Part shown: positions 28,186-36,501 of the stretch, piece by piece
Layout: every line of letters begins with the position of its first letter
How positions within the stretch are numbered: the stretch's first letter is position 1
NCBI GenBank assembly: GCA_022763105.1
Contig: JALEGK010000011.1
Coordinates: 15,671 to 79,670 of the forward strand
Origin: Rickettsiales bacterium
Lineage (GTDB): Bacteria > Pseudomonadota > Alphaproteobacteria > Rickettsiales > UBA3002
Length of the DNA: 64,000 nt
Reading direction: 5' to 3'
Position numbers and translations under genes: made by a program
The notes under the pieces: model-generated
What the model was told of the DNA's origin: nothing
Seen by the model: the letters and a program-made list of their open reading frames with translations, nothing else
Database searches by the model: none

Positions 28186-29393
28186 GAGGCTTTCCTTTGC
28201 ATCATGCTTGGCAGGTCGCCATTTAACCCCATCGCGTCGCGCATGAGGAATGATTTGAGCGGCTTTGTACGATTGACGACTGACAACCCGATATTGCGGG
28301 CGAGCTTAACAGGCAGCCAATTGTTTGAGAATAGTCGGTTCAGCCCATCGGTCACGCTTGCCATGCTGGTAATGTCCAGCTCGCGCCAGCGCGCATAATG
28401 ATCGAGCACGGTGCCAGAGCCAATGTCTAGCCCGAGCTTTGCCTGATCGGTGATCAGATCGGCCATGACGGCAACATCGCGATATCCCAGATTCACCCCC
28501 TGCCCTGCAATCGGGTGGATGGCATGGGCCGCATCGCCAATGAGTGCGATACGGGGGCGGGTAATTTCAGCAGCGCGCAGGAGTTTTAGCGGATAGGTAA
28601 AGCGCGGCCCCGCTAATGAGACATCACCTAAATAATCGCCCGCACGCAATTGAAGTTCCTCGATAAACGCGCCTTCATTGAGGCTCATTACATGCGCGGC
28701 CATCTCGTCAGATTCGGTCCAGACGATGTTGCTGCGCCCCTCAGTCATTGGCAGCATCGCGAATGGACCGGCGGGCAGGAATCGCTCTAGCGCGAGACCG
28801 TTATGCGGATTGGAATGGGCGATGGTGCAGACCATGGCCGTCTGGCCGTATTCACTGATCTTGACATCGATGCCCAGCATTTTGCGGGTATGCGATAGCT
28901 TGCCATCCGCGACCAGCAATAGGTTCGCTTTGATGTTCGTGCCATCTGATAGCTTCAACTCGGCATGCGAGCCTGTGGTTTCAATCTGCTCGCAGGTGGT
29001 TGGCGCCACCAACTCAATTTCAGATTCTGCTTCAACCGCTTTTTGTAATGCTTTGCGAATTAAACGGTTTTCTATGATATGGCCGAACGGTTCTTCGCCA
29101 ACATCCTGGTAATGGTAATCGACATGCGCAGGCACGTCTTGGTCGCAGACTCTGATATGCAGAATCGGCTCTGCTTCGGTAATGTGTTGCCAGACGCCGA
29201 CCGATTCGAGCACACGCTGCGAACCAAGGGCAATCGCCGATGCACGCCCATCATAGCCACGTTCTTGCTGGTGTTTGGCATCTTCGCGGTCAATCAGCGC
29301 CACGGAAAAACCACGCTTGGCACATGCCAGCGCCATTGCAGAGCCAACGAGGCCCGCGCCGATGATCGCAATATCCGTGGATTTATCTGCCAT
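28182..29393 (-). CDS. UbiH/UbiF/COQ6 family FAD-dependent ubiquinone-biosynthesis hydroxylase
   Basis: IIGAGLVGSAMA (FAD-binding motif) and GDAAHAIHPIAGQGVNLGYRD. Confidence 0.9.
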   Translation of the reverse strand: MADKSTDIAIIGAGLVGSAMALACAKRGFSVALIDREDAKHQQERGYDGRASAIALGSQRVLESVGVWQHITEAEPILHIRVCDQDVPAHVDYHYQDVGEEPFGHIIENRLIRKALQKAVEAESEIELVAPTTCEQIETTGSHAELKLSDGTNIKANLLLVADGKLSHTRKMLGIDVKISEYGQTAMVCTIAHSNPHNGLALERFLPAGPFAMLPMTEGRSNIVWTESDEMAAHVMSLNEGAFIEELQLRAGDYLGDVSLAGPRFTYPLKLLRAAEITRPRIALIGDAAHAIHPIAGQGVNLGYRDVAVMADLITDQAKLGLDIGSGTVLDHYARWRELDITSMASVTDGLNRLFSNNWLPVKLARNIGLSVVNRTKPLKSFLMRDAMGLNGDLPSMMQRKAS

Positions 29394-29593
29394 GCGCTAC
29401 TTCTATAGCGCTTTGCGTTTAATGCCAAGTGCTACGACGCACGCCGCGCTTTTTAGACTGCTTTGTCAGCAAAATGTGGTCATTGAACGAGCAGCCTGCT
29501 TAAAAACTGTGCAGCGCAGCACGATGCTTGACTTCATATAGCAAAGGCGCTCTTGTCCATCCTAAATCAACCATCATTCAGGAGTGTAGCCCT

Positions 29594-30934
29594 ATGTCTG
29601 CCCTGTTCTCTAAATCGGTATTTGTCTCTTTACTTGGCGCGGCAGTGCTGGCGTGTTTGCCGCAAGTTGCCTTAGCCGAGGTTTCGCTTGAAACCCAGTT
29701 TATCTTCAATAGCCTACTCTTCCTTATTGGTGGCTTTTTGGTGATGTTTATGGCGGCTGGTTTTTGCTGCTTAGAGGCGGGTATGGTGCGCTCTACCAGC
29801 GTATCGACCATTTGTGTAAAGAATATCTCGCTCTATGCCATTGCTGGTACCATGTATTTCCTACTTGGTTACAACCTGATGTATGATGGCGTGGATGGCG
29901 GTTATATCGGTTCATTCACCATGTGGGGCCCAGATGATTCTGGCAGCATCGCGCAGGACGGCACCTTTGCTGGCACCGAAGCAGGCTACGCCGCATCGTC
30001 TGACTGGTTCTTCCAGATGGTATTTGTTGCGACCGCAGCCTCTATCGTGTCAGGCACGATTGCAGAGCGCGTGAAGCTTTGGTCTTTCCTTGCTTTTTCT
30101 GCAATCCTCACCGGTATCATTTACCCAATTGCTGGTTCATGGCAATGGGGTGGCGGCTGGTTGTCTGTCGCTGGATTCTCTGATTTTGCTGGCTCTACCA
30201 TCGTTCACTCTGTGGGTGGCTGGGCTGCACTTGTCGGCGTATTGCTTATTGGCCCTCGTAAAGGTCGCTACACTGCCGACGGCCAGCCCGTTGGTATTCC
30301 GGGTTCGTCGCTACCATTGGCAACGCTTGGTACGTTCATTCTGTGGTTAGGCTGGTTCGGTTTTAACGGTGCATCGCAGCTTGCGATGGGTACCGCGGCT
30401 GATGTAGCTGCCGTGTCTGTGATTTTCGCTAATACCAATATCGCGGCATGCGGTGGTTTGGTGATTGCGCTGTTTGCGACTCAGATCATGTATAAAAAGG
30501 TTGATCCATCGCTTGTGCTAAACGGTGCGTTGGCTGGTTTGGTCAGTATTACCGCTGAGCCGCTCACCCCATCAATGGGTGAGGCATTCCTGATTGGTGC
30601 TGCGGGCGGATTCATTATGGTGCTAGCGGTACCAATGCTTGATAAGCGCCGCATCGACGATGTGGTCGGCGCGATTCCGGTTCACTTGGTGTGCGGTATC
30701 TGGGGTACGATGGCCGTGCCATTCACCAACCCTAACGCTGATTTCTACACCCAGTTTATTGGTGTGGCGAGCTATGGTGGCTTCACCATTGTCGCGAGTC
30801 TGGTGGCTTGGAAGATAGTTCAACTCGTCTTTGGCCTGCGCATCTCTGATGAAGATGAGCAAACTGGCATCGACCGTGCCGAAGTTGGCTTGGACGCGTA
30901 TCCAGACTTTGTGCGCACCAGCGCTCACTCATAA
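29594..30934 (+). CDS. amtB: ammonium transporter Amt
   Basis: Signal peptide MSALFSKSVFVSLLGAAVLACLPQVALA; FMAAGFCCLEAGMVR; STIVHSVGGWAAL; VHLVCGIWG. SD CAGGAG. Confidence 0.9.
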   Translation: MSALFSKSVFVSLLGAAVLACLPQVALAEVSLETQFIFNSLLFLIGGFLVMFMAAGFCCLEAGMVRSTSVSTICVKNISLYAIAGTMYFLLGYNLMYDGVDGGYIGSFTMWGPDDSGSIAQDGTFAGTEAGYAASSDWFFQMVFVATAASIVSGTIAERVKLWSFLAFSAILTGIIYPIAGSWQWGGGWLSVAGFSDFAGSTIVHSVGGWAALVGVLLIGPRKGRYTADGQPVGIPGSSLPLATLGTFILWLGWFGFNGASQLAMGTAADVAAVSVIFANTNIAACGGLVIALFATQIMYKKVDPSLVLNGALAGLVSITAEPLTPSMGEAFLIGAAGGFIMVLAVPMLDKRRIDDVVGAIPVHLVCGIWGTMAVPFTNPNADFYTQFIGVASYGGFTIVASLVAWKIVQLVFGLRISDEDEQTGIDRAEVGLDAYPDFVRTSAHS

Positions 30935-30967
30935 TTTCCCTACTTACCCGTTTGGGTGAGTCACATT

Positions 30968-31004
30968 GGGCGGCTTTTCTTTTGACAGGCCGCCCTTTTG
31001 TTTG
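30968..31004 (+). terminator. rho-independent terminator of amt
   Basis: GGGCGGC (30968-30974)/GCCGCCC (30989-30995) followed by TTTTGTTTG. Confidence 0.7.
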
Positions 31005-31016
31005 TTCAGTAGCGCC

Positions 31017-31832
31017 ATGACAGATTCAACCACCCGCATTGCTTCGTGGAACATCAACTCGGTGCGTATTCGCCAGCCGATTCTGCAAGCCTATATTGAT
31101 CAGGCCAATCCCGATATTTTGTGCCTTCAGGAAACCAAAGTAGAAGACCATCTCTTCCCGGAGATGGAGATGAAGGCGCTCGGCTTTGAGCATGTCGCCT
31201 TTGCCGGACAGAAGAGCTATAACGGCGTCGCGATTCTCTCGAAGCTGCCGCTTAGCGATGTCAGCGCCGATGATATCATTGGCAATGGCGAGAAGCGCCA
31301 TATTGCGGCCACCCTGCCTGATGGTACGCGTTTGCATAATGTCTATATTCCGGCGGGCGGCGATATTCCCGATCCGGAAGAAAACCCGAAATTCAAAGAC
31401 AAGCTCGCCTTTCTTGATCGATTAACGCAATGGTCTGCCGATGAAGTTGCGGGCAAACAGAAGAGCATTATTGTTGGCGATATGAATATTGCGCCGTTTG
31501 AGCATGATGTCTGGTCGCACAAGCAATTGCTGAAAGTGGTTAGCCATACCCCGATTGAGGTTGAGCGGATGGCCGCCTTCCGCGCAGCAGGCGAATGGAT
31601 TGATACGCATCGCGAGCATGTGCCGATGGAAGAAAAGCTTTATAGCTGGTGGAGCTATCGCTCGCGCGAATGGCCCGGCTCTAACCGTGGCCGCCGCTTA
31701 GACCATATCTGGATTACACCGCAATTGCGCAGCCAGCTCACAGCCAGCGACATTCTGCCTGAAGCGCGCGGCTGGGAGAAACCGTCTGATCATGTGCCCA
31801 TCAGCATTGATTTAGAAGGGATGGCCGCATGA
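31017..31832 (+). CDS. xthA: exodeoxyribonuclease III
   Basis: IASWNINSVR, LCLQETK, VGDMNIAP and PSDHVPI motifs. Confidence 0.9.
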   Translation: MTDSTTRIASWNINSVRIRQPILQAYIDQANPDILCLQETKVEDHLFPEMEMKALGFEHVAFAGQKSYNGVAILSKLPLSDVSADDIIGNGEKRHIAATLPDGTRLHNVYIPAGGDIPDPEENPKFKDKLAFLDRLTQWSADEVAGKQKSIIVGDMNIAPFEHDVWSHKQLLKVVSHTPIEVERMAAFRAAGEWIDTHREHVPMEEKLYSWWSYRSREWPGSNRGRRLDHIWITPQLRSQLTASDILPEARGWEKPSDHVPISIDLEGMAA

Positions 31833-32866
31833 TCATGTTCGGCATGTTGATCTTAAGCCTATTGTTTGTGATCGGCATGGTCACGATGATGCCGCTTTAC
31901 TCGCACGCCTTTAGCCTTCAATTGCCGGTGGAATGCGAGATCAATGCCGAGTGCTTTATTCAGAATTACGTCGATCTAGACACGGCAGAAGGCGCATGGC
32001 GCGATGCGAATTGCGGGCATTTAAGCTATGACGCGCACAAGGGCACCGATTTTCGCCTCAAGAATGTGCAGCAGATGCGCGAGGGCGTGTTTGTACTCGC
32101 CGTGGCGGATGGCAAGGTCGAGGCGACCCGCGATGAAATGGCGGATGTGAATATGAATGACACCGTGCCCGCGCAGATTGAGGGTAAGGAATGCGGCAAT
32201 GGCATGCGCATTTCGCACAGCAATGGCTATGTCAGCCAATATTGCCATATGAAGCGCGGCAGCCTTTTGGTGAAAGCCGGTGAGAAGGTAAAAGCCGGTG
32301 ACCGGTTGGGCGAGATCGGCCTATCAGGCGCGACCGAATTTCCGCATCTGCATTTGCAAATTACCGATAAGGACGGCCAGATCATCGACCCGTTTACCGG
32401 CCCGATGCAAAATAGCGTCTGCATGCATGGTCAAAACCTGTGGCACAAGGATGCGCAGGAGCAAATGCCCTATACCGGCACTCGCCTGCTGCAGGCGGGA
32501 TTTGCCAATGTCGCGCCAACCGTCAAGATGGTGCGTGATAACCCTGACGCCTTCGCTCAGGTAGAAGCCGAGAGTGACGTGATGGCGTTTTGGGCTGAAA
32601 TTATCGGCCCACGCAAAGGTGATGTGCTTTACTTGATGATTTTTGGGCCAGATGGGAAGCATTTGGTGCAGCATGATACGGTGATGGAGAAGAACCGCGC
32701 GCTGCATTTTCAGTTTATTGGCAAGAAACGTCAGGAAGAGGTGTGGCCCAGCGGGCATTATCAGGCGGTCGTCACCTTAAAACATGGTGTGGACGCCACC
32801 GCCCCGACTGCTTTTTCGCATACATTCGACCTGATTATCGGCGATCCGGCGTCCGATAGCGAATAA
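31829..32866 (+). CDS. M23 family metallopeptidase
   Basis: HKGTDF and GATEFPHLHLQI motifs with an N-terminal TM/signal segment. ATGA overlap with xthA. Confidence 0.85.
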   Translation: MIMFGMLILSLLFVIGMVTMMPLYSHAFSLQLPVECEINAECFIQNYVDLDTAEGAWRDANCGHLSYDAHKGTDFRLKNVQQMREGVFVLAVADGKVEATRDEMADVNMNDTVPAQIEGKECGNGMRISHSNGYVSQYCHMKRGSLLVKAGEKVKAGDRLGEIGLSGATEFPHLHLQITDKDGQIIDPFTGPMQNSVCMHGQNLWHKDAQEQMPYTGTRLLQAGFANVAPTVKMVRDNPDAFAQVEAESDVMAFWAEIIGPRKGDVLYLMIFGPDGKHLVQHDTVMEKNRALHFQFIGKKRQEEVWPSGHYQAVVTLKHGVDATAPTAFSHTFDLIIGDPASDSE

Positions 32867-32892
32867 AACAGCGTTTTCTAGCGTAATTTCTT

Positions 32893-33114
32893 CTAATGTA
32901 AGCGTACTGGGGTCAATTCATGCTCCTGAATTGAACGAAACGCCTCTTCCTGACATTCAAATTCGGCTAAAGCCGTGCCATCTGCCGCGAAAACGGTGTA
33001 GATTGCACGATCAGCCTGACGAATTGGCTTAATATAGGCCATACGATTAACACCCATCATGGTCATGATCATGTCGGTCACGAGTTCGTATTCTGCGGTG
33101 TCTTTCGTCGTCAT
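32893..33114 (-). CDS. DUF1150 family protein
   Basis: 73 aa: MAYIKPIRQADRAIYTVFAADGTALAEFECQEEAF...ELTPVRLH matches the alphaproteobacterial DUF1150 pattern as I recall it. Confidence 0.7.
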   Translation of the reverse strand: MTTKDTAEYELVTDMIMTMMGVNRMAYIKPIRQADRAIYTVFAADGTALAEFECQEEAFRSIQEHELTPVRLH

Positions 33115-33270
33115 TTGCTTACCTATGAATATGTTGTTCTTGGTCTAATCAATGTAGCTAATTTTAGAAATTTAGTGTGTGACAGTTTCGTGAAAGATGC
33201 ATGGGTTGGGGGCTTATCCACACACCTTTCGTTTCAATATGTTATACTGCATCACAACAGGAGATGGATT

Positions 33271-33489
33271 ATGAGCACCAAACGAGACCATATGCAGCGA
33301 CAGAGCCAACGAGCAGACGCTGCCGAACGCAGGGAAATGACAGAGCGTTTAGCTGAAGAGCGTGGTGTAGAAGTAGGCGAGATTACTAATGCCGAAGTGA
33401 CGACCGCTATTGAAGCTGCCAGAAAAGAAGAGTCGCAAAGAGCGTTGAGAGATATGTTGGAGCAAAAGCTAGGCAGAGGTCAGGGCTAA
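33271..33489 (+). CDS. small highly charged protein (72 aa, ORFan)
   Basis: SD AGGAGA (33259-33264) then the ATG at 33271. Arg/Glu/Lys-rich and helical-looking, with many AGA/AGG codons. Its stop lies 1 nt from the convergent BTLCP stop. Confidence 0.45.
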   Translation: MSTKRDHMQRQSQRADAAERREMTERLAEERGVEVGEITNAEVTTAIEAARKEESQRALRDMLEQKLGRGQG

Positions 33490-33490
33490 T

Positions 33491-34537
33491 TTATAGACGT
33501 TTTGGTCCATCATCGCGCTTTGGCAAGGATGCATCGAGTGGGCGCATTTCCGCATCAGCATCCAACGTAATCTTCGTCTGATCAGGCAACACACCTTTGG
33601 TAATAATGTCATTCGGCTTATGCTCTGCATTTGGCGGAATGAACGTGGTTCCAGCCTTCTCCCAAGCCGTGATCGGTCTGAACGTACCGCCCGTTTTAGG
33701 GTCTAATACTGCCTTAACCCAAGACACGTCTGATGTATTTGATTGTCGGCTTTGCAGCGTATATTTGGCTTGGATCTTTCCTCTATCCGTCACCAATTCT
33801 TGCAATGGCAGGATCAGATCGGACTGGTTATCGAGCACAAACGCGCCTTTATCGGTATTCACCGTTAGGAACACATGGCCTGCCCCATCTTGTTCTTTCA
33901 CTACAGTTAGAAACAGCGCGCTTACAGGCAAGCCATTCTCGCGGAAATACTCTTTTAGCATCACATATTTCGTGAGTGCATATTCGTCGCAATCGCCTTT
34001 TACTTTCGGAACAAACGGAATGCCGTCCCTTAATTCCATCAACCAGCCCGTAGGGTTACTCTTCAATAATCGCGCTTGCCGGTTGGCCTCATCCATTACG
34101 TGAGCTCGTTGCTGGTAGAAAATCCAGTTTTCGTCGCGTTTTCCTTGTTCAGGGTTCTCATCATCTTTTACTCCCACAATAAACTCGTCGACCCGACGGT
34201 CCACCTCATTCATTTTGGTCCATAAGTCTCGTGTGAGCTTTACGACAAACCCGCCTTCCGTATCAGGCTGAACGGTTCCGCCCTTACCGTTTGGTCTTTC
34301 TTCTGCAACAATACGCGTTGCGGTGCGCACCTGTGCTGGCGTGATTGGTTCTCCATTATAGATAGGAGGCGTGAGACCAGCGCTGACAAAGGCTTTCTTC
34401 GTATCGTCGTCCTTGATGGCGGCAAACATCTGTCTCAGCCCTAATGGCGGCTCAAGAAAGCTATTGGAATGGGCAAAGCGTTGATAGCTCTCCCCTTCTG
34501 GGTATGGTTGTATCGTGTAAAACGGTTCATCTGCCAT
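33491..34537 (-). CDS. transglutaminase-like cysteine protease (BTLCP / peptidase C93, LapG-like) with N- and C-terminal extensions
   Basis: Cys-His-Asp pattern: GDCDEYALTKY ... GAGHVFLTV ... FVLDNQ. The upstream MNEVDRRVDEFIVGVKDD...ENW resembles the BTLCP N-lobe. No signal peptide. Confidence 0.65.
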   Translation of the reverse strand: MADEPFYTIQPYPEGESYQRFAHSNSFLEPPLGLRQMFAAIKDDDTKKAFVSAGLTPPIYNGEPITPAQVRTATRIVAEERPNGKGGTVQPDTEGGFVVKLTRDLWTKMNEVDRRVDEFIVGVKDDENPEQGKRDENWIFYQQRAHVMDEANRQARLLKSNPTGWLMELRDGIPFVPKVKGDCDEYALTKYVMLKEYFRENGLPVSALFLTVVKEQDGAGHVFLTVNTDKGAFVLDNQSDLILPLQELVTDRGKIQAKYTLQSRQSNTSDVSWVKAVLDPKTGGTFRPITAWEKAGTTFIPPNAEHKPNDIITKGVLPDQTKITLDADAEMRPLDASLPKRDDGPKRL

Positions 34538-34584
34538 AGTGCCAGACTACAGGCCAGATGTTAAATTACCTTTAATTCAATGGC

Positions 34585-35307
34585 TTAAGATGCGGCCTTG
34601 AGGGAGTTTTTGGCCGAGCCATCGAGCATAAAATCAAGCCCTGCGCGCACATGAATGGCGGTGGTGTCATACAGGCTGACATTGCACATATCTTGCTGAA
34701 TTAGCAGCGGAATCTCGGTGCATCCAAGCACGATTCCTTCCGCGCCCTGCTCTGCCAATTTGGCAATAATCATCAGGTAGCTATTGCGCGAGGCATCCAG
34801 AATCTCGCCTTGGCATAATTCCTCGTAAATGATGCGGCTGATCTCATCGAAATCCTCGCCTTCGGGGATGATGGTCTCAATATCCTGCTGGGCTAAGCGG
34901 TCTTTATAGAATGGCTCGGCCATAGTGAATTTAGCACCCAGCAGCGCGACCTTGCTTTGGCCGTTGGCTTTGATCGCATCGGCGACAGCATCGCCAATAT
35001 GGATCAGCGGAATGTCACATTCTTTTTGAATATGCGGTGCGAATTTATGCATCAGGTTGGTGCAGATCATCAGCGCGTCTGCGCCTGCCGCCTCCAATCC
35101 TTTTGCGGCGTTCACCAACATGTCTGCCAGCGCGTCCCATTCGCCCGCATGTTGGCGCTGCGCTATTTCAGCGAAGTCAAATGAATGCATGAGCAGCTTG
35201 GCGGAGTGCAGCCCGCCCTTGGCATCACGCACGCCTTCGTTGAATAGGCGGTAATATTCGCGGGTAGATTCCCAACTCATCCCGCCGAGTAGGCCGATGG
35301 TTTTCAT
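34585..35307 (-). CDS. aspartate/glutamate racemase family protein
   Basis: MKTIGLLGGMSWEST and VLGCTEIPLL catalytic-Cys region (second Cys at MICTNLMH). Confidence 0.9.
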   Translation of the reverse strand: MKTIGLLGGMSWESTREYYRLFNEGVRDAKGGLHSAKLLMHSFDFAEIAQRQHAGEWDALADMLVNAAKGLEAAGADALMICTNLMHKFAPHIQKECDIPLIHIGDAVADAIKANGQSKVALLGAKFTMAEPFYKDRLAQQDIETIIPEGEDFDEISRIIYEELCQGEILDASRNSYLMIIAKLAEQGAEGIVLGCTEIPLLIQQDMCNVSLYDTTAIHVRAGLDFMLDGSAKNSLKAAS

Positions 35308-35311
35308 GGTG

Positions 35312-35797
35312 CTAATCTCTAAAATTATTGAAGTCGAGTGGTAGCTCTAGCCCCATGCCTTTAATATGGGCGATGGCTTCTTGCAGATCGTCGCGCTTCT
35401 TACCATTCACGCGCAGGCTGTCACCTTGAATGGATGCTTGCACCTTCAGCTTGCTGGCTTTGATTTCCTTGGTGATCTTTTTGGCATTCTCTTGGTCGAT
35501 GCCCTGCTTGATGATGATCTCTTGGCGCAAGGTGTTACCGCTTGCACGCTCGGCTTCTTTGAATTCGAACGCAACGGGATCAATTTGGCGGCGCACGGCG
35601 TGGGTTTTGATCAGCTCGTTGATCTGGCCGAGCTTATAATCATCATCTGCGGTGATGGTGATGGTCTGCTCTGCGCGCTCAACGGTGCAGTTGCTGCCTT
35701 TAAAATCGTAACGGTTGGTGATTTCGCGCACGACGTTGCCGATCATATTATCGACTTCCTGCAAATCGGTTTCGCAGACAATGTCAAAACTTGGCAT
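35312..35797 (-). CDS. yajQ: YajQ family nucleotide (c-di-GMP)-binding protein
   Basis: 161 aa, MPSFDIVCETDLQEVDN... typical YajQ/UPF0234. Confidence 0.9.
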   Translation of the reverse strand: MPSFDIVCETDLQEVDNMIGNVVREITNRYDFKGSNCTVERAEQTITITADDDYKLGQINELIKTHAVRRQIDPVAFEFKEAERASGNTLRQEIIIKQGIDQENAKKITKEIKASKLKVQASIQGDSLRVNGKKRDDLQEAIAHIKGMGLELPLDFNNFRD

Positions 35798-35817
35798 GAG
35801 ATATCCTTGGGCTGTAA

Positions 35818-36501
35818 TTAACGACGGTAATTACGTAACCGCGATTTACGTGGGTCGTCAAATACAAAAAGATCGTTCTTTAGTGCCACGCCATATTGCT
35901 GGTCTTTAAAGGTGACATGGACAATCTGCCCTGCCGCATCGGTCATGCTCATGCGTTCGATGCTTAGCGGGTTGTCGGTGAACTCTAGCGTTACGCGGCC
36001 TTCATTGGGTTGGCGCGCATCGAGCACGGTAAAACGAATCGAGTCTGCCCCGCGGCGAAAATGGATTACACGCAGCTCATCATCTGCAAAATTGATGCGC
36101 TTTCGGGTGAGCAATGCGGCGAGCGAGTCCTCGATATCGACGTAATTGATTTGATCGAGCTCGTAATCGACATACACCAAGCGCGTGCCGTCTGCATACA
36201 TCACCACAGGTGTTGGCGGGTCATATTGCCAACGCATTTTACCGGGGCGTTTAAGTAGCATAGTGCCGGTTGCGAAATTGCCGTCGGGCGAGCTTTGCGT
36301 GAAGGTCGCGACCATGGTGGTGAGGCTATTGAGGTAAAGCTCCACGCGGCGCAATGTTTGAATATCATCGATTTCGCTAGAGGTTTGCTCCTCTATTGCG
36401 GGTGTATCGGGGTTCCATGGGAGTGGCGCTTTGAAGGTTTCGGCAGTTGCCGGGCTAGCCAGCCATAGCAGAGCGATGCAGCACTTCGCGCTTACCGACA
36501 T
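35818..36501 (-). CDS. lolA: LolA-like outer-membrane lipoprotein carrier protein
   Basis: Signal peptide MSVSAKCCIALLWLASPATA; F.Q......G.....G.L.LKRPGKMRWQY pattern. Start trimmed and overlaps the ftsK 3' end. Confidence 0.8.
   Translation of the reverse strand: MSVSAKCCIALLWLASPATAETFKAPLPWNPDTPAIEEQTSSEIDDIQTLRRVELYLNSLTTMVATFTQSSPDGNFATGTMLLKRPGKMRWQYDPPTPVVMYADGTRLVYVDYELDQINYVDIEDSLAALLTRKRINFADDELRVIHFRRGADSIRFTVLDARQPNEGRVTLEFTDNPLSIERMSMTDAAGQIVHVTFKDQQYGVALKNDLFVFDDPRKSRLRNYRR

Noticed and set aside
29394-29593. NtrC operator or sigma-54 promoter upstream of amt
   Set aside because: GTGCAGCGCAGCAC is a partial palindrome, and I found no TGGCAC-N5-TTGC match. The evidence is too weak to call.
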